NCBI RefSeq assembly: GCF_963921235.1
Contig: NC_086097.1
Location: 188,544,001-188,608,000, forward strand
Length of the DNA stretch: 64,000 nt
Source of the DNA: Mobula hypostoma
Lineage: Eukaryota
Direction of reading: 5' to 3'
A model generated the notes under the pieces. It worked only from the letters and a program-made list of their open reading frames with translations. It had not been told where the DNA came from and ran no database searches. The stretch's first letter is position 1. Each line of letters begins with the position of its first letter. This document shows positions 62,889 to 64,000 of this stretch, one piece after another. Position numbers and translations under genes: made by a program.

Positions 62889-64000
62889 AGGAGCCCTGAC
62901 ATTTCTTCTGCTTTATCTTAATTAATCTATAACTTTAATTCTCTTTATTATGTACACAGAAGTAATTATATTCTTAGCTAATGTTGCTAAAATTCTTTGG
63001 TCTCATAGTTGTGGTGAGAGGAGTATTGTATCATTTGGAAATGCTGGTAATATTGTAGCAATTTCATTTTTTTAAACTTCCTTGTTTTATATAACTAATT
63101 AATCAGAATAAATTGAACTAACATACTTAGAAATTAGAGTTTTAGATAATATGCTGAATCTGCGCAAACTTTTAGAAAGGAGAATGTGATGGCACTTTGT
63201 AATGACATTTATGTCTTGATCCTCTGATATAATAATGCCAAGGAATTTAAAGGTACTGACGACCCTGATGTTTGTCATCTTCCAAGTTTCTTAGAAGCTG
63301 CATTTGCTTGCTTATATTGATTTGCAGGAAATATAACCTCATTTATCAACAAAAGAAGAAGAGTGAAAAGAGGGACCAACAAAGTAACCCGTAAGGTGCC
63401 ATATAGATTGTTCCTATGCAAGGGCTCATGAAGTTGATGGTAACATATTAACTTAGATCAATTTTGGCCCACAGACATGAAATAAAAGATAAAGGCAAGT
63501 GTCATTTTCAATTTGACAAGCCATAATTAATGACATTTATCAGAGATCAGAGCTGTGGCTTCAGCAGTTTTTAAGTTAATTGTATTAGTGATTCAAATAA
63601 AGGGACATGATGCAAAGTATCCAACTTTGCTCTTGATGCAAAAGGAGGTGGGCACAAAAACAGAGGCAAAGCGGGTTTTAGAATTCAGGTGAGTGGACTA
63701 AAAGATCATTGCGGTATAATAAAGGGAGATGTAAGTTTGTATGTGTATGTAGGTACAACAGGTAATCAAGAGGGCAAATGTACTAATTGCCCTTATACAA
63801 AGGGATCAGTACAGCGGAGTAAAGAAGTTATGTCATAATTATATTATGAGATTCGCGCCTGGAGCATTGCATCCAGTTTTCATGTCATTATTTAAAAATA
63901 CATCCCTTGTGGATTGCAGTAAAGCTCCGCTAAATTGATTCCTGGTGTGTTAAGATTATCTAATAAGGGATGGTTGTGTAGAAAACGCCTATTTTGTTTG

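Noticed and set aside
61838..64000. RMDN1 exon 6 (expected KAIELNPKD-like)
   Set aside because: No matching peptide with splice sites found; presumably beyond the window.

Overview
Vertebrate genomic DNA, repeat-rich and intron-dominated. The repeat repertoire suggests a cartilaginous fish, probably a ray (inference). Two genes lie head-to-head. On the minus strand are the first ten coding exons of copine-3 (CPNE3: ATG at 26724, C2A, C2B and start of the vWA domain, continuing past base 1). On the plus strand are the first five coding exons of RMDN1 (ATG at 46792, continuing past the window end). All exons were read by hand and have GT-AG ends and compatible phases. The rest is mostly transposon debris: L1, many CR1, Rex1/Babar-like, a Nimb/I-like relic split by a CR1, RTE-like relics, Tc1, Tigger-like and mariner relics, and at least two Penelope-like (PLE) families. 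The most notable non-coding signal is about ten minimal type I hammerhead-ribozyme motifs in PLE terminal repeats. One intact copy is sense to the CPNE3 pre-mRNA and sits in the loop of a 52-bp hairpin. A second PLE family forms a ~250-bp inverted repeat with a promoter-like block and a hammerhead in each arm. I found no evidence of a wholly new multi-gene system, and PLE hammerheads are a known phenomenon.
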